Of a stretch of DNA of 64,000 nucleotides, positions 18,278-28,668 are shown in pieces. The position numbers and the translations under genes were made by a program. Where the stretch lies: assembly GCA_964579635.1 (NCBI GenBank), contig CAZOFV010000003.1, forward strand, positions 2,768-66,767. Direction: 5' to 3'. The notes under the pieces were generated by a model, which saw only the letters and a list, made by a program, of their open reading frames with translations, did no database searches and was not told the DNA's origin. Every line of letters begins with the position of its first letter. The stretch's first letter is position 1. The DNA comes from an uncultured Candidatus Saccharibacteria bacterium (GTDB taxonomy: Bacteria > Patescibacteriota > Minisyncoccia > Phycocordibacterales > VMEP01).

Positions 18278-20164
18278 GTGGATGACAACAAAAAAATAAA
18301 TTATCTTGCTGAAACCAACGCCCGCAATCGTCGGCTTAAGTTTGGTATTCAGGCAATAGATCGCACTCGCCACGTTTATGTAATCGGAAAGACGGGTATG
18401 GGTAAATCGACCCTTCTTGAGAATATGGCGGTGCAGGATATTGAAAACGGAGAAGGTCTTGCTTTTATTGATCCACATGGAGGTACTGCAGAAAAACTTT
18501 TAAATTACATTCCAGAACATCGGATTAAGGATGTTATTTATTTTGCGCCGTTTGATACTGATTATCCTGTGTCGTTTAATGTGATGGAAGATGTTGACCC
18601 TAGTAAGCGCTACTTAGTTGCTAACGGCCTAATGAACGCTTTTAAAAAGATTTGGGTTGATGCTTGGTCGGCAAGAATGGAATATATTTTGAACAACATT
18701 CTTTTGGCTCTTTTGGAATATCCAGACTCAACACTTCTTGGTGTTAACAGAATGCTTTCGGATAAGGATTATCGTGACCTTGTTGTTGCGAATGTTAAAG
18801 ATGCTTCTGTGCGAGCTTTTTGGGTTGATGAGTTTGCTAAATACGGAGATAGGTATATGCAGGAAGCTGGAGCTGCTATTCAAAATAAAATTGGTCAGTT
18901 CGTTTCCAATCCTTTAATTAGAAATATTATTGGGCAACCAAAATCATCTTTTGATATCCGAAAAGTAATGGATGAAAAAAAGATAATGATTTTGAACCTT
19001 TCGAAAGGAAGAATGGGTATTGAAAACTCAGCCCTTTTGGGTAATATGCTTGTTACTAAAATTTATCTTGCTGCTATGTCGCGCGCCGACGCTTCGGCAG
19101 GAGAACTCGCCCGTCTTCCCAATTTTTATTTTTATGTTGACGAATTTCAATCATTTGCGAACGAATCTTTTGCAGAGATTCTTTCAGAGGCTCGTAAGTA
19201 TAAGTTGAACTTAACGATTGCCCATCAATATATAGAACAGATGCCAGAAGAAGTGCAGGCTGCCGTGTTTGGTAACGTTGGTACAATGATTGTTTTTAGA
19301 GTTGGCTCAACTGACGCCGAAGTTTTTGAGAAGGAATTTGCTCCAGAATTTACTGCTGAAGACATTGTTAATTTAGGTTTTGCTGAAATATATCTAAGAC
19401 TCATGATTAACGGCATTGGTTCTAAGCCTTTTTCCGCGATAACTTTGCCACCAATTGCAGAACCGAGTATTTCTTTCGCCAAACAAGTTGTTGAAGAAAC
19501 AAGGAAAACATACGCATCACCACGAGCTTTAGTTGAAAGCGCAACCGCTAAATGGTACGAACCTGTTCCATCTATACCGAAAGATAAGAAGCCAAAATCA
19601 TCATCAATCACGTCTTCAGCTTCAAGTGGGCACAGTGATAATAAAAATATCGAAAAACCATCATTTCTATCTCGTGTAGGTGTAAATAAGCCACAAGAAA
19701 ATATTAGCAAAGCAAAAGAAGTTGCTAGTGTTGTTGTTGATAAAAAACAAGAAGAGAATAAGGCTTTTGCAAAAGCTTTTGCGGATATTAAATTAACCCC
19801 AATTGAAACAGAAAACAAAAAACAAGATAATCACGTTGAGCGTTCGCATAAATTTAATGACGTAGATAATCGTGAAGCAAAAAATGGAACAGAGCGGGTT
19901 TCCCTTAGTGATCTTAAGAAAAAAGATATTGATAATGTTTCTCGTAATGTTTCTGACTTGAAAAATATGCTTGATAAGGCGATGACAGAAGGGAAGATAG
20001 CCGGTAAGGTTGTTGTTCCGGAGAGTCATAAACAAAGCAATAAAACAGAAGATAAATTACCAGAAAAAAAAGAAGTTTTTGTAAAAAGAGAAGAGATAAC
20101 CCCTCGCCCTAAAGAAATACCAGAGGAGGTTTTACGAAAACTTTTTGGTCACGATGAGAAGTAG
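18278..20164 (+). CDS. VirD4/TraD-like P-loop ATPase (type IV secretion coupling-protein-like, TraG-D_C/DUF87 architecture) with Lys/Glu-rich C-terminal tail
   Basis: Walker A VIGKTGMGKST, IDPHG, Walker B FYFYVDEFQ and LTIAHQ sensor. Low-complexity C-terminal 200 aa. Confidence 0.7.
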   Translation: MDDNKKINYLAETNARNRRLKFGIQAIDRTRHVYVIGKTGMGKSTLLENMAVQDIENGEGLAFIDPHGGTAEKLLNYIPEHRIKDVIYFAPFDTDYPVSFNVMEDVDPSKRYLVANGLMNAFKKIWVDAWSARMEYILNNILLALLEYPDSTLLGVNRMLSDKDYRDLVVANVKDASVRAFWVDEFAKYGDRYMQEAGAAIQNKIGQFVSNPLIRNIIGQPKSSFDIRKVMDEKKIMILNLSKGRMGIENSALLGNMLVTKIYLAAMSRADASAGELARLPNFYFYVDEFQSFANESFAEILSEARKYKLNLTIAHQYIEQMPEEVQAAVFGNVGTMIVFRVGSTDAEVFEKEFAPEFTAEDIVNLGFAEIYLRLMINGIGSKPFSAITLPPIAEPSISFAKQVVEETRKTYASPRALVESATAKWYEPVPSIPKDKKPKSSSITSSASSGHSDNKNIEKPSFLSRVGVNKPQENISKAKEVASVVVDKKQEENKAFAKAFADIKLTPIETENKKQDNHVERSHKFNDVDNREAKNGTERVSLSDLKKKDIDNVSRNVSDLKNMLDKAMTEGKIAGKVVVPESHKQSNKTEDKLPEKKEVFVKREEITPRPKEIPEEVLRKLFGHDEK

Positions 20165-21578
20165 TTTAAAATTTTTAACAATTTTATTTTTTATACCGCT
20201 TTTCACCAGCGCGCAGGTTTATTTTTCAGAAATAATGTATGACCCGAAAGATTCTGATGCAAGTTCTGGTGGGGAATGGTTTGAAGTTCAAAACACTAGC
20301 TCTGTTTCGGTTGATTTTACCAAGTTGTTTTTCTTTGAAAATGACACTAATCACGGTATTACTGCTATTTCAGACTCTTTAATTCCGCCAGGTGGATACG
20401 CGGTAGTTTCAAAAGATTCAACTGTTTTTAAAAATTATTTTACAAATTTTTCAGGGTTACTTTTTAAATCATCTTTTTCTTTAAACGACGGCGAAAAGTT
20501 GGCCATAAAAAACAATAAAGAAGATGTTGCTACAAGTGATAATTCTGTAGAGTACACATCAAGCCAAGGGGCAAAAAATGATGGAAACTCACTCCAAAAA
20601 GATTCATCTGGTACTTGGGGTCCTGCCACCCCAACACCAGGCGTTGGTTTGACTTCGGTAGGTGGCGGTTCTTCCGTGAGTACGAACAATGAATCTTTAG
20701 AACAACCTCCTGTTTTTTCGACAAGCAATATCGTTTCAAATTTTCCAGTTGAACCACAAATGATCGTTGAAGCTGGAAGTAACAAAATAACAGTTGCTGG
20801 TGCACTAATCACTTTTGATGGCATAGCTCTTGGTTTGAAAAAAGAACCACTAGAAAACGCTCGATATATGTGGAGTTTTGGCGACGGTATTTTAAAAGAA
20901 GGTAAAAAGGTAACACATACTTATCTTTACCCAGGAGAATATATCGCAGTGCTTGAGGTTTCTTCCGGTTATTTTTCAGGATCAGATCGTCTTAAGGTTT
21001 TAGTAGTAAAACCCGAAATTGTTGTTTCAAAAATTGGTGATGTTACCGATTATTTTATTGAGATTACAAATAACTCAAAACACGAACTTGATTTGTCTGG
21101 TTGGATATTGAAATCTCAAAATGAACAATTTTTTATTCCCAAAAATACAATAATTACACCACAGGGTAAAATAACTTTTTCTTCACTTACAACGAGGTTG
21201 TCATTTAAACAAAACGATAAACCATCTCTTTTGTATCCAAGTGGTGCAACAGCGGCGACTTTTGGGGACCCGGTGGCTGCTGAGATTATAAAAGAAGAAT
21301 TAATTGAGACATCTAACACAAGTGCTTTTGTGGAAGTTAAAGAAGGAGAAGAGAAAGGTTTTTCTGGTAAAAACATGGCAGCATCTGTTGCCTTAGCTTC
21401 TAGTGGGGATGAAAATGCACCAATAAAACAAAACCAAACATTTCCCATAAAATGGCTCCTTTCTGTTGGGGTCTTGTCGGCTTTGGCGATTTTTGGTGTT
21501 ATGTTTAATGCTCGGGGGATTAGCGGGGAAAAATCCGAACTTTCCGCTGATGATTTTGAGATTGAGGAAGTAGAGTAA
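20145..21578 (+). CDS. Surface protein with two lamin-tail domains, a PKD domain and a C-terminal TM anchor
   Basis: Signal peptide. SEIMYDPKDSDASSGGEWFEVQN and DYFIEITNNSKHELDLSGWIL are LTD motifs. WSFGDG...HTYLYPGEYIAVLEV is PKD. C-terminal hydrophobic helix. Start may be the second ATG at 20154. Confidence 0.75.
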   Translation: MVTMRSSLKFLTILFFIPLFTSAQVYFSEIMYDPKDSDASSGGEWFEVQNTSSVSVDFTKLFFFENDTNHGITAISDSLIPPGGYAVVSKDSTVFKNYFTNFSGLLFKSSFSLNDGEKLAIKNNKEDVATSDNSVEYTSSQGAKNDGNSLQKDSSGTWGPATPTPGVGLTSVGGGSSVSTNNESLEQPPVFSTSNIVSNFPVEPQMIVEAGSNKITVAGALITFDGIALGLKKEPLENARYMWSFGDGILKEGKKVTHTYLYPGEYIAVLEVSSGYFSGSDRLKVLVVKPEIVVSKIGDVTDYFIEITNNSKHELDLSGWILKSQNEQFFIPKNTIITPQGKITFSSLTTRLSFKQNDKPSLLYPSGATAATFGDPVAAEIIKEELIETSNTSAFVEVKEGEEKGFSGKNMAASVALASSGDENAPIKQNQTFPIKWLLSVGVLSALAIFGVMFNARGISGEKSELSADDFEIEEVE

Positions 21579-21588
21579 GTTTACCTTT

Positions 21589-22482
21589 TTGGCTAATAGT
21601 TATATAGTTTTCAGACTTATGGATAGTAATAAAAAAACAATTTTAGTAACTGGTGGGGCCGGCTTTATTGGGTCTCATTTGTGTGAGCAGTTGGTTAAGA
21701 ATGGGCATAAGGTAATTTCTTTGGATAATTATTTTACCGGGACAAAAGATAATCACGTATCTGGTGTTGATTATAGGGAAGGCCATACAAAAGATATAGA
21801 TAAACATATTACCGAAAAACCAGATATGATTTACCATTTGGGCGAATATTCTCGAGTGGAGCAGAGTTTTAACGATGTTCCCGTTGTTTGGGACTTTAAT
21901 ATTGTAGGCACATTTGCGGTGCTTGAATTTGCTAAAAAAAATAAATCAAAAATTATTTATGCTGGCTCAAGTACTAAGTTTGCCGATAATGGTTTAGGAA
22001 GATATCAAAGTCCGTATGCGTGGACCAAGGCGGCAAACACAGATCTTGTTGTTAATTATGGGGAATGGTTTGGTGTTTCTTATGCGATTACTTATTTTTA
22101 TAATGTTTATGGTCCAAGAGAGATATCTAATGGTTCCTATGCAACGGTAATCGGTATTTTTGCAGAAAAATTTAAGAAGAATGAACCGCTCTCCGTTGTT
22201 TCCCCTGGAACACAAGTGCGTAATTTTACACACGTTAAAGACATTGTTCGTGGGCTTGTTTTGGTTGGAGATAAAGGAGAGGGTGATGAATATGGACTTG
22301 GCGATGAGCGATCATATAGTATTTTAGAAATAGCGGACATGTTTGGGTCAGAAATAAAAATGCTTCCAGAAAGAAAGGGTAACAGAATGGGAGCAACTTT
22401 AAATATTTCAAAATCAAAATTACTTGGGTGGAGCGCAGAAGAAGATATAAAAAATTATATTAAAGAGATTGTTAAAGACTAG
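21589..22482 (+). CDS. NAD-dependent epimerase/dehydratase (UDP-glucuronate decarboxylase / UXS-like SDR); start probably the Met at about 21619
   Basis: ILVTGGAGFIGSHL Rossmann motif, YxxxK region and DNYFTG. Confidence 0.75.
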   Translation: MANSYIVFRLMDSNKKTILVTGGAGFIGSHLCEQLVKNGHKVISLDNYFTGTKDNHVSGVDYREGHTKDIDKHITEKPDMIYHLGEYSRVEQSFNDVPVVWDFNIVGTFAVLEFAKKNKSKIIYAGSSTKFADNGLGRYQSPYAWTKAANTDLVVNYGEWFGVSYAITYFYNVYGPREISNGSYATVIGIFAEKFKKNEPLSVVSPGTQVRNFTHVKDIVRGLVLVGDKGEGDEYGLGDERSYSILEIADMFGSEIKMLPERKGNRMGATLNISKSKLLGWSAEEDIKNYIKEIVKD

Positions 22483-22490
22483 ACGTAAAG

Positions 22491-23708
22491 ATGAAAAAAA
22501 TTCTTATATTTTCTCTCTCATATCACCCACGGTTTATTGGTGGGGCAGAGGTGGCTATTAAAGAAATTACAGATAGAATTAATAGTGAAGATATTTCCTT
22601 TGATATGGTGACATTGCGTTTTGACAGCAATCTACCGACTATCGAAAAAATAGGAAATGTAACAGTTTATCGCATTGGTTTTTCAAAAATTAACCCCACA
22701 ATCGCTGATTTAGGTAAATTCCCATTACACTTAAATAAGTTTCTGTTCCAATTTATTGCCGTGTGGAAAGCACACACACTTCATCAGAAAAATAATTATG
22801 ATGGAGTATGGGCGATGATGGCTCATTCGTGTGCTGTCCCAGCTGGACTGTTTAGCCTGTTGTACCCAAGTGTGCCTTACGTTCTGACACTTCAAGAAGG
22901 AGACCCACCCGAATACATTAAAAAGAAAATGTTGCCAATTTACCCGCTTTTTGTTTTGGGTTTTAGGCGCGCCAAGGTTTTACAAACAATTTCTACCTTT
23001 CTTTTAAAGTGGGGTCGTGATATGGGGTTTACTGGTTTTGGCCTAGTCGTTCCTAATGCGGTGGACGTAAAATATTTTTCACAAACACTTTCTCCTGAAG
23101 AACAGCTTGAGTTTAAAAATAAGGTTGGTAAAAAAGAGAGTGACATTTTCATGATCACTACCTCAAGGTTGGTTAAGAAAAATGCTGTTGATGATGTTAT
23201 TAAGTCACTAACTTATCTCCCGGAGGAATATAAATTTCTTGTTATTGGTATTGGTTCCGACAAAGAAATGCTTAAAAAACTCGCGCAAGATATTGGCGTT
23301 TCTGAAAGAGTTATTTTTTTAGGGGAGATTGAAAATAAAGAAATACCAATGTATTTAAAGATATCTGATATTTTTATTAGACCATCTCTTTCTGAGGGGT
23401 TTGGCATTTCGTTTGTTGAGGCAATGGCTTCTGGTTTGCCGGTTATTGCTACTCAAGAAGGAGGTATTTCAGATTTTCTTTTTGATCCAGAAATTAATAA
23501 AGATAAAGAGCCAACTGGGCTTGCTGTAAAAGTGCGTGATCCGAAAGGGATAGCAAAGCAAGCCATTCGATTAATGAGTGATGGTGATTTGAGGTCAAGG
23601 TTGATTAAAAATGGATTAAGTTTGGTGCGAGAGAAATATGATTGGGATAATATAGCCAAAAGTATGAAAGAAAATGTTTTTGATAGGCTTTTTGCTGATA
23701 AAAAATAA
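22491..23708 (+). CDS. Glycosyltransferase family 4
   Basis: GT-B C-terminal EGFGISFVEAMASGLPVIAT motif. Confidence 0.8.
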   Translation: MKKILIFSLSYHPRFIGGAEVAIKEITDRINSEDISFDMVTLRFDSNLPTIEKIGNVTVYRIGFSKINPTIADLGKFPLHLNKFLFQFIAVWKAHTLHQKNNYDGVWAMMAHSCAVPAGLFSLLYPSVPYVLTLQEGDPPEYIKKKMLPIYPLFVLGFRRAKVLQTISTFLLKWGRDMGFTGFGLVVPNAVDVKYFSQTLSPEEQLEFKNKVGKKESDIFMITTSRLVKKNAVDDVIKSLTYLPEEYKFLVIGIGSDKEMLKKLAQDIGVSERVIFLGEIENKEIPMYLKISDIFIRPSLSEGFGISFVEAMASGLPVIATQEGGISDFLFDPEINKDKEPTGLAVKVRDPKGIAKQAIRLMSDGDLRSRLIKNGLSLVREKYDWDNIAKSMKENVFDRLFADKK

Positions 23709-24812
23709 ATGAATACGAATAAAAAAATACTCATCGCTACAGGAATTTACCCGCCAGATATTGGGGGGCCAGCTTCGTATAGCAAAGCTCTTTTTGAAGA
23801 ATTTCCAAAGAAGGGGATTAATGTGGAGATTTTAAGTTTTGGTGAGGTTCGTTATCTACCAAAAATTATTCGACACGTTTTTTATTTTTTTAAAACAATT
23901 TTTCGCGCACGAGGGTGCGATGTTGTTTACGCTCAAGACCCAGTGTCAGTTGGTTTGCCGGCGATGATTGCTTCAAAAATATTACGCAAGAAATTTATTT
24001 TAAAAATTGTTGGTGATTATGCATGGGAGCAAGGCGTTTCCCGTTTTGGTGTGAAAGATTTATTGGATGAATTTTCAAAAAAAAGAAAAGGGTATTGTTT
24101 ATTGGTTTTATTTTTAAAACACATCGAAACCTGTGTTGCTAAAAAGGCGGATAAAATTATCGTGCCGAGTGAATATTTGAAAAGCATCGTTTCTAACTGG
24201 GGGATAGAAAAAAATAAAATAACAGTTATTTACAATTCTTTTGACGGGGAGGTTCAAAATTTACCCGAGGACAATAAAAGAGAAAGAATAATTTTATCGG
24301 CCGGCCGGCTTGTTCCATGGAAAGGTTTTTTAACGCTTGTGGCTCTTATGCCGAGACTTGTTAAACATTTTCCAGATATTAAGTTAATTATTGCAGGGGA
24401 GGGTAGTGAACGAAAGAAACTTGAAGTTGCTATTAAAGAACTTAGTTTAGAATCGAACGTTTTTTTAGCCGGAGCGCTTCCACAGGAGAAGCTTTTTAAA
24501 TATATTAAGAGTGCCTCAGTATTTGTTTTAAATACGGCCTATGAGGGTTTTTCGCATCAATTACTTGAGGTTATGGCCTTAGGGACACCAATAATAACAA
24601 CTAATATTGGTGGCAACCCAGAGGTTATAGAAAACGAGAAAAATGGCCTATTAGTAGAGCTTGATGATAGAGATGCGATTATACACTCTGTTGAGAGGGT
24701 TTTGTTAAATGAAGATTTTTCTAATAAGTTGGTACAAAACGCGAGAAAGACAGTAGAATTATTTAATCGCGAACGAATGATTAACGAGACAATCAAGGCA
24801 CTGTCTTTTTAG
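23709..24812 (+). CDS. Glycosyltransferase family 4
   Basis: EGFSHQLLEVMALGTPIITTNIGG motif. Confidence 0.8.
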   Translation: MNTNKKILIATGIYPPDIGGPASYSKALFEEFPKKGINVEILSFGEVRYLPKIIRHVFYFFKTIFRARGCDVVYAQDPVSVGLPAMIASKILRKKFILKIVGDYAWEQGVSRFGVKDLLDEFSKKRKGYCLLVLFLKHIETCVAKKADKIIVPSEYLKSIVSNWGIEKNKITVIYNSFDGEVQNLPEDNKRERIILSAGRLVPWKGFLTLVALMPRLVKHFPDIKLIIAGEGSERKKLEVAIKELSLESNVFLAGALPQEKLFKYIKSASVFVLNTAYEGFSHQLLEVMALGTPIITTNIGGNPEVIENEKNGLLVELDDRDAIIHSVERVLLNEDFSNKLVQNARKTVELFNRERMINETIKALSF

Positions 24813-24944
24813 ATACTTGTCCCGTTAGAAATTGCAAAATTAGATTTAGTGAGTTAATGGTAAAATTTATAATCAGATGAAAGATAGAGAATTTAAAATT
24901 AAAATAACAAATGGAAACGTCTTCGTTTCTTATTTTCTAATGGG

Positions 24945-26105
24945 ATGAAGGTTTTAATGATTTCAACTGATAAGAATATTTTGGAAGAGGGGAGCGTTGT
25001 TCGCGAGCGTATGGTTTCCTATGGGACTATTTGTGACGAGCTTCATATATTGGTAGTTGGAAAAGCAAATAGCGGGATAGTAAAATCGGGAGATGTTGTT
25101 GGGGTTAAGATTAGTTCTAGTGTTACGGCTTATTCAGTTTTATCTCATTTTAAAATCGATTCTTTTTTTAAGGCATATGGTATTGGGGTTAATATTTTAA
25201 ATAAAAACTATAAACAAAAAGTTACTCCATGGTTAATTACCGCTCAGGATCCTTTTGAGGCAGGTTTTGTTGCTTGGTGTATATCTAAAAAAACAAAATC
25301 AAAACTACAACTTCAAATTCACACTGATTTTTTAAGCCCGTATTTTTCCAGTGAATCTTTTTTAAATAAAATTCGGGTAGTAATCTCAAAGTTCTTACTC
25401 CCAAAAGCAGATGGGGTTCGTGTTGTTTCCGAGCGCATTGCTTCTTCTTTGAAAGCTAATAGCTATAAACTAAAAATTACTCCATTTGTTCTCCCTATTT
25501 TTGTTGATATAGAAAAAATAAGAAAAACTACCCCAACTGTCGATTTACATAAAAAATATTCTCAATTTGATTTTATCTTTCTCATGGCTTCACGTTTGAC
25601 TCGCGAAAAAAATATTGAAATGGCAATTGACGCAATGAAAGAGGTTAGTAAAAAATATCCAAAAGTCGGCCTCATTATTGTTGGTTCAGGATCAGAGGAA
25701 CAAAAACTTAAGCTAGAAGTTAAAAACCATGAACTAGGGGTTAGTGTGATTTTTGAATCATGGCAGAGTGATTTAACTTCTTATTACAAGACCGCCGATG
25801 CCTTTCTTTTAACTTCAAAATACGAAGGTTTTGGAATGACTCTCATTGAGGCAATAGCCTCCGATTGCCCAGTTATTTCTAGTGATGTTGGTATTGTTGG
25901 AAATATTTTAATAAAAAACGAAGACGTTTTAGTTTGCCAAAATGAAGACGTTAATTGTTTCGTCAGTAACATGAGCAGGTTTATTGAATATAAAGATGTT
26001 AGAAAAGAATTCGTGATGAGGGCACAAACTGCTCTCGGTGTTTTTCGCGGGAAAGACGAATATTTAAACAGAATGAAGGAATCATGGGTGGCGTGCTTTA
26101 TCTAA
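24945..26105 (+). CDS. Glycosyltransferase family 4
   Basis: EGFGMTLIEAIASDCPVISSDVG motif. Confidence 0.75.
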   Translation: MKVLMISTDKNILEEGSVVRERMVSYGTICDELHILVVGKANSGIVKSGDVVGVKISSSVTAYSVLSHFKIDSFFKAYGIGVNILNKNYKQKVTPWLITAQDPFEAGFVAWCISKKTKSKLQLQIHTDFLSPYFSSESFLNKIRVVISKFLLPKADGVRVVSERIASSLKANSYKLKITPFVLPIFVDIEKIRKTTPTVDLHKKYSQFDFIFLMASRLTREKNIEMAIDAMKEVSKKYPKVGLIIVGSGSEEQKLKLEVKNHELGVSVIFESWQSDLTSYYKTADAFLLTSKYEGFGMTLIEAIASDCPVISSDVGIVGNILIKNEDVLVCQNEDVNCFVSNMSRFIEYKDVRKEFVMRAQTALGVFRGKDEYLNRMKESWVACFI

Positions 26106-26572
26106 CTATTTTTATGAAAACACTTAAAAAAATATATTATAAATTTCACAGGAGTTCTCGTTCTTACGCTCCACGCTTATATGAAATTATTTACAAAAGA
26201 AAAGATGCAGTTAAATATATTTTTTCCGGCGGGATGGCAACGCTCACAAACCTTTCTGTTTTGTTTATATTGACTGAGGTTTTTGGTATTTATTATCTGG
26301 TATCATCTGTTTTTGCTTTTATTTTTTCAATTATAGTTAGTTTTAGTATGCAAAAATTTTGGACATTTGGAGACTCTTCAAAAGAAAATATTCACAAACA
26401 GTTTGCTTATTACCTATTTATTGTTCTTTTGAACTTAGTATTAAATACCTTTTCGGTTTATGTTTTTGTAGAATATTTACACCTTTGGTATTTTATTGCT
26501 CAGTTTTTTGCTGGTGTTATTATTGCGGTGGTTAGTTTTTTTGCTTATCGTAATCTAGTGTTTAAAAACTAA
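26084..26572 (+). CDS. GtrA family membrane protein (polyprenyl-phosphate-sugar flippase-like)
   Basis: Four TM helices and FSGGMATLTNLSVLFIL, typical of GtrA. Confidence 0.75.
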   Translation: MGGVLYLTIFMKTLKKIYYKFHRSSRSYAPRLYEIIYKRKDAVKYIFSGGMATLTNLSVLFILTEVFGIYYLVSSVFAFIFSIIVSFSMQKFWTFGDSSKENIHKQFAYYLFIVLLNLVLNTFSVYVFVEYLHLWYFIAQFFAGVIIAVVSFFAYRNLVFKN

Positions 26573-26636
26573 ATGTATTTTTGTAATCTATACTCTTCTT
26601 GTTTTTCCTTTTTCTCGCTATAGAATAACTATAAAT

Positions 26637-27743
26637 ATGAAGCCAAAACTCTGTTATGTCCTCCCTCGCTATGAGACCAAAGATGCGTCTCATTTTTCGC
26701 ATATACACGATTTTTTGGGCAAAATAGGGGGTATTTTTGACGTATACCTCATTATTGAAAAGGGAACAAAACCACCAGTTTCCTTTGGTTATACAAAGTC
26801 ATATATAGTTAAATCAAAGTTTATTTTTTTTAGGATTATTGAAACTAAAATAATTCTCTTAAGAGCACGCCTTTCTGGCTATAAAGATTTTTACGTTCAT
26901 TATTCTTTTCTCTCTGCATTTTTTTCTTCAATTATTGTTAGAGTTTTCGGGGGTCGTGTTTTTTATTGGAATTGTGGAGAACCATGGAAATATAAACGTA
27001 ATGTTTTTCGAGAAATTTTTGAAAGATTGGTCTATAAGATAATTACACATTTAGTAACCGGAGCGCCTTCTCTTGCGGATGAATATGCAAAGCGCTACGG
27101 AATAAAAAGAGATTTAGTTTTGGTGATGCCAAATTGGATAGATTTAGAACGCTTTAAAAACACACTTTCTCGCGAAGATTCTCGTAGTAATCTAAGTATT
27201 CCACAAGAATCGAAAGTAGTTTTATTTGTACACCATCTTTCTCCGAGAAAGGGTTCCCGTATGATTTTACCTGTGGCTAAAAAAGTTATTGATTCGTTTC
27301 CAGATACTATTTTTATTGTTGCGGGCTCCGGTCCCGATGAAAATTTTTTGCGTGATGAAGTAGTTCGTTTAGGTCTTAATAGAAATATTCGTTTAGTTGG
27401 CGCAGTAGCAAATCGAGAGCTTCCTGGTTATTTTATAGCTTCAGATGTATTTTTTATGCCTTCAGAAGAAGAGGGTTTCCCTCGAGTGCTTCTTGAGTCA
27501 ATGGCAATTGGTATTCCCTTTGTTGCAAGTGATGTTGGTGCCGTGCGCGATATTATTCCAAAGGGTATGATGGAGAATGTTGTATCCTCAAATAATGTAG
27601 ATAGTTTTGCTGATAGAATATGTTCATTCTTAAGACAGGATTCAATAAGTCTTAATTTGGTAGCAGAAAAACTAAAGACCCACGTAGCTAATTATGATGT
27701 GTCCTTAGTTTTTCAGATATTTGTTAAGTTGTTAAAAAAATAA
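26637..27743 (+). CDS. Glycosyltransferase family 4
   Basis: EGFPRVLLESMAIGIPFVASDVG motif. Confidence 0.8.
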   Translation: MKPKLCYVLPRYETKDASHFSHIHDFLGKIGGIFDVYLIIEKGTKPPVSFGYTKSYIVKSKFIFFRIIETKIILLRARLSGYKDFYVHYSFLSAFFSSIIVRVFGGRVFYWNCGEPWKYKRNVFREIFERLVYKIITHLVTGAPSLADEYAKRYGIKRDLVLVMPNWIDLERFKNTLSREDSRSNLSIPQESKVVLFVHHLSPRKGSRMILPVAKKVIDSFPDTIFIVAGSGPDENFLRDEVVRLGLNRNIRLVGAVANRELPGYFIASDVFFMPSEEEGFPRVLLESMAIGIPFVASDVGAVRDIIPKGMMENVVSSNNVDSFADRICSFLRQDSISLNLVAEKLKTHVANYDVSLVFQIFVKLLKK

Positions 27744-28384
27744 TGAGCGTAAAACAATTCGAAAATAATCGCTGGGCGAAAGATGAACAAGTTGTTTGCT
27801 TCCGACATGAAGCAGCTCTTTCGATGATTGATAAAGGAGCAGTCCTTGATCTTGGTTCTGGCGACGGCCTCTTCCTAGCACTTTTAAAGAAAAAAGGGAT
27901 AAAGGGGAATGGTTTAGACATTTCCGAAGAGGGTGTCTTTAGAACAAGGGAGAAGGGGATAGAAGCATCAGTTTTTGATTTTAACGATAAAGTTCCATTT
28001 GAAGACAACACTTTTGATTATGTTTCAATGCTCGATCTTTTAGAACATCTTTATACCCCGCAAGATCTTTTAATGGAAGCCACCCGTGTTTCTAAAAAAT
28101 TCGTAATAATAAGTGTGCCCAATTTTAGTTCTTTGCCAGCCAGGATTCAGACTCTTTTAGGGAAGGTTCCAGAAAACAACCAACCAAAAAAGGGGCACGT
28201 CTTTTGGTTTAATTATCTGGTTTTAAGAAAGATGGCCGATAGCGCAGGACTTCGTCTAGTTGAGATACGAATGAATACTTTTTGGCAGGATTATTTTTTG
28301 ATTGGATTAATTTCAAAATTTATGACAAAAATTTGGCCATCTTTATTTGCCTTATCTTTTGTTGTTAAGTTAGAAAAGAAATGA
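27743..28384 (+). CDS. Class I SAM-dependent methyltransferase (Methyltransf_11-like)
   Basis: VLDLGSGDGLF motif I and LLEHL. Confidence 0.75.
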   Translation: MSVKQFENNRWAKDEQVVCFRHEAALSMIDKGAVLDLGSGDGLFLALLKKKGIKGNGLDISEEGVFRTREKGIEASVFDFNDKVPFEDNTFDYVSMLDLLEHLYTPQDLLMEATRVSKKFVIISVPNFSSLPARIQTLLGKVPENNQPKKGHVFWFNYLVLRKMADSAGLRLVEIRMNTFWQDYFLIGLISKFMTKIWPSLFALSFVVKLEKK

Positions 28385-28668
28385 TCCCGTACAAAATAAT
28401 TTAAGCTATGTTTTATACATATGTACTAAAAAGTAAGAAAGATGGTAAGTTATATACGGGGTATACAAATAACTTACGGAAACGTTTTAAAGATCACAAT
28501 GATGGAAAATCAACGTATACTAAAGGAAGGGGTCCTTACGAACTAATTTATTATGAAGCATGTCTCGCGGAAGAAGATGCAAGGTCGAGAGAATTATATT
28601 TAAAAGCTGGGAGAGGTAAGCGTTTTATAAAGTCTCGTTTAAAACGTTTCCTATTTTGTACGGGATGA
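28382..28668 (+). mobile_element. About 287 bp element bounded by terminal inverted repeats TGATCCCGTACAAAATA / TATTTTGTACGGGATGA, carrying the GIY-YIG ORF
   Basis: Perfect 15 bp TIR (ATCCCGTACAAAATA) at about 28382-28398 and 28652-28668. Its only cargo is the 86 aa GIY-YIG gene. Related empty copies are at 30431-30557 and 24816-24947. Confidence 0.6.
28408..28668 (+). CDS. Stand-alone GIY-YIG nuclease domain protein (UPF0213-like)
   Basis: YTYVLKS...GKLYTGYTNNLRKRFKDHN...ELIYYE matches the GIY-(10-11)-YIG catalytic motif with R and E residues. The last codons are encoded by the right TIR. Confidence 0.75.
   Translation: MFYTYVLKSKKDGKLYTGYTNNLRKRFKDHNDGKSTYTKGRGPYELIYYEACLAEEDARSRELYLKAGRGKRFIKSRLKRFLFCTG

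Noticed and set aside
19020-20824. Antisense ORFs within the VirD4-like and LTD genes (19225-19818 -, 20435-20824 -).
   Set aside because: Low-complexity translations overlapping well-supported sense genes.
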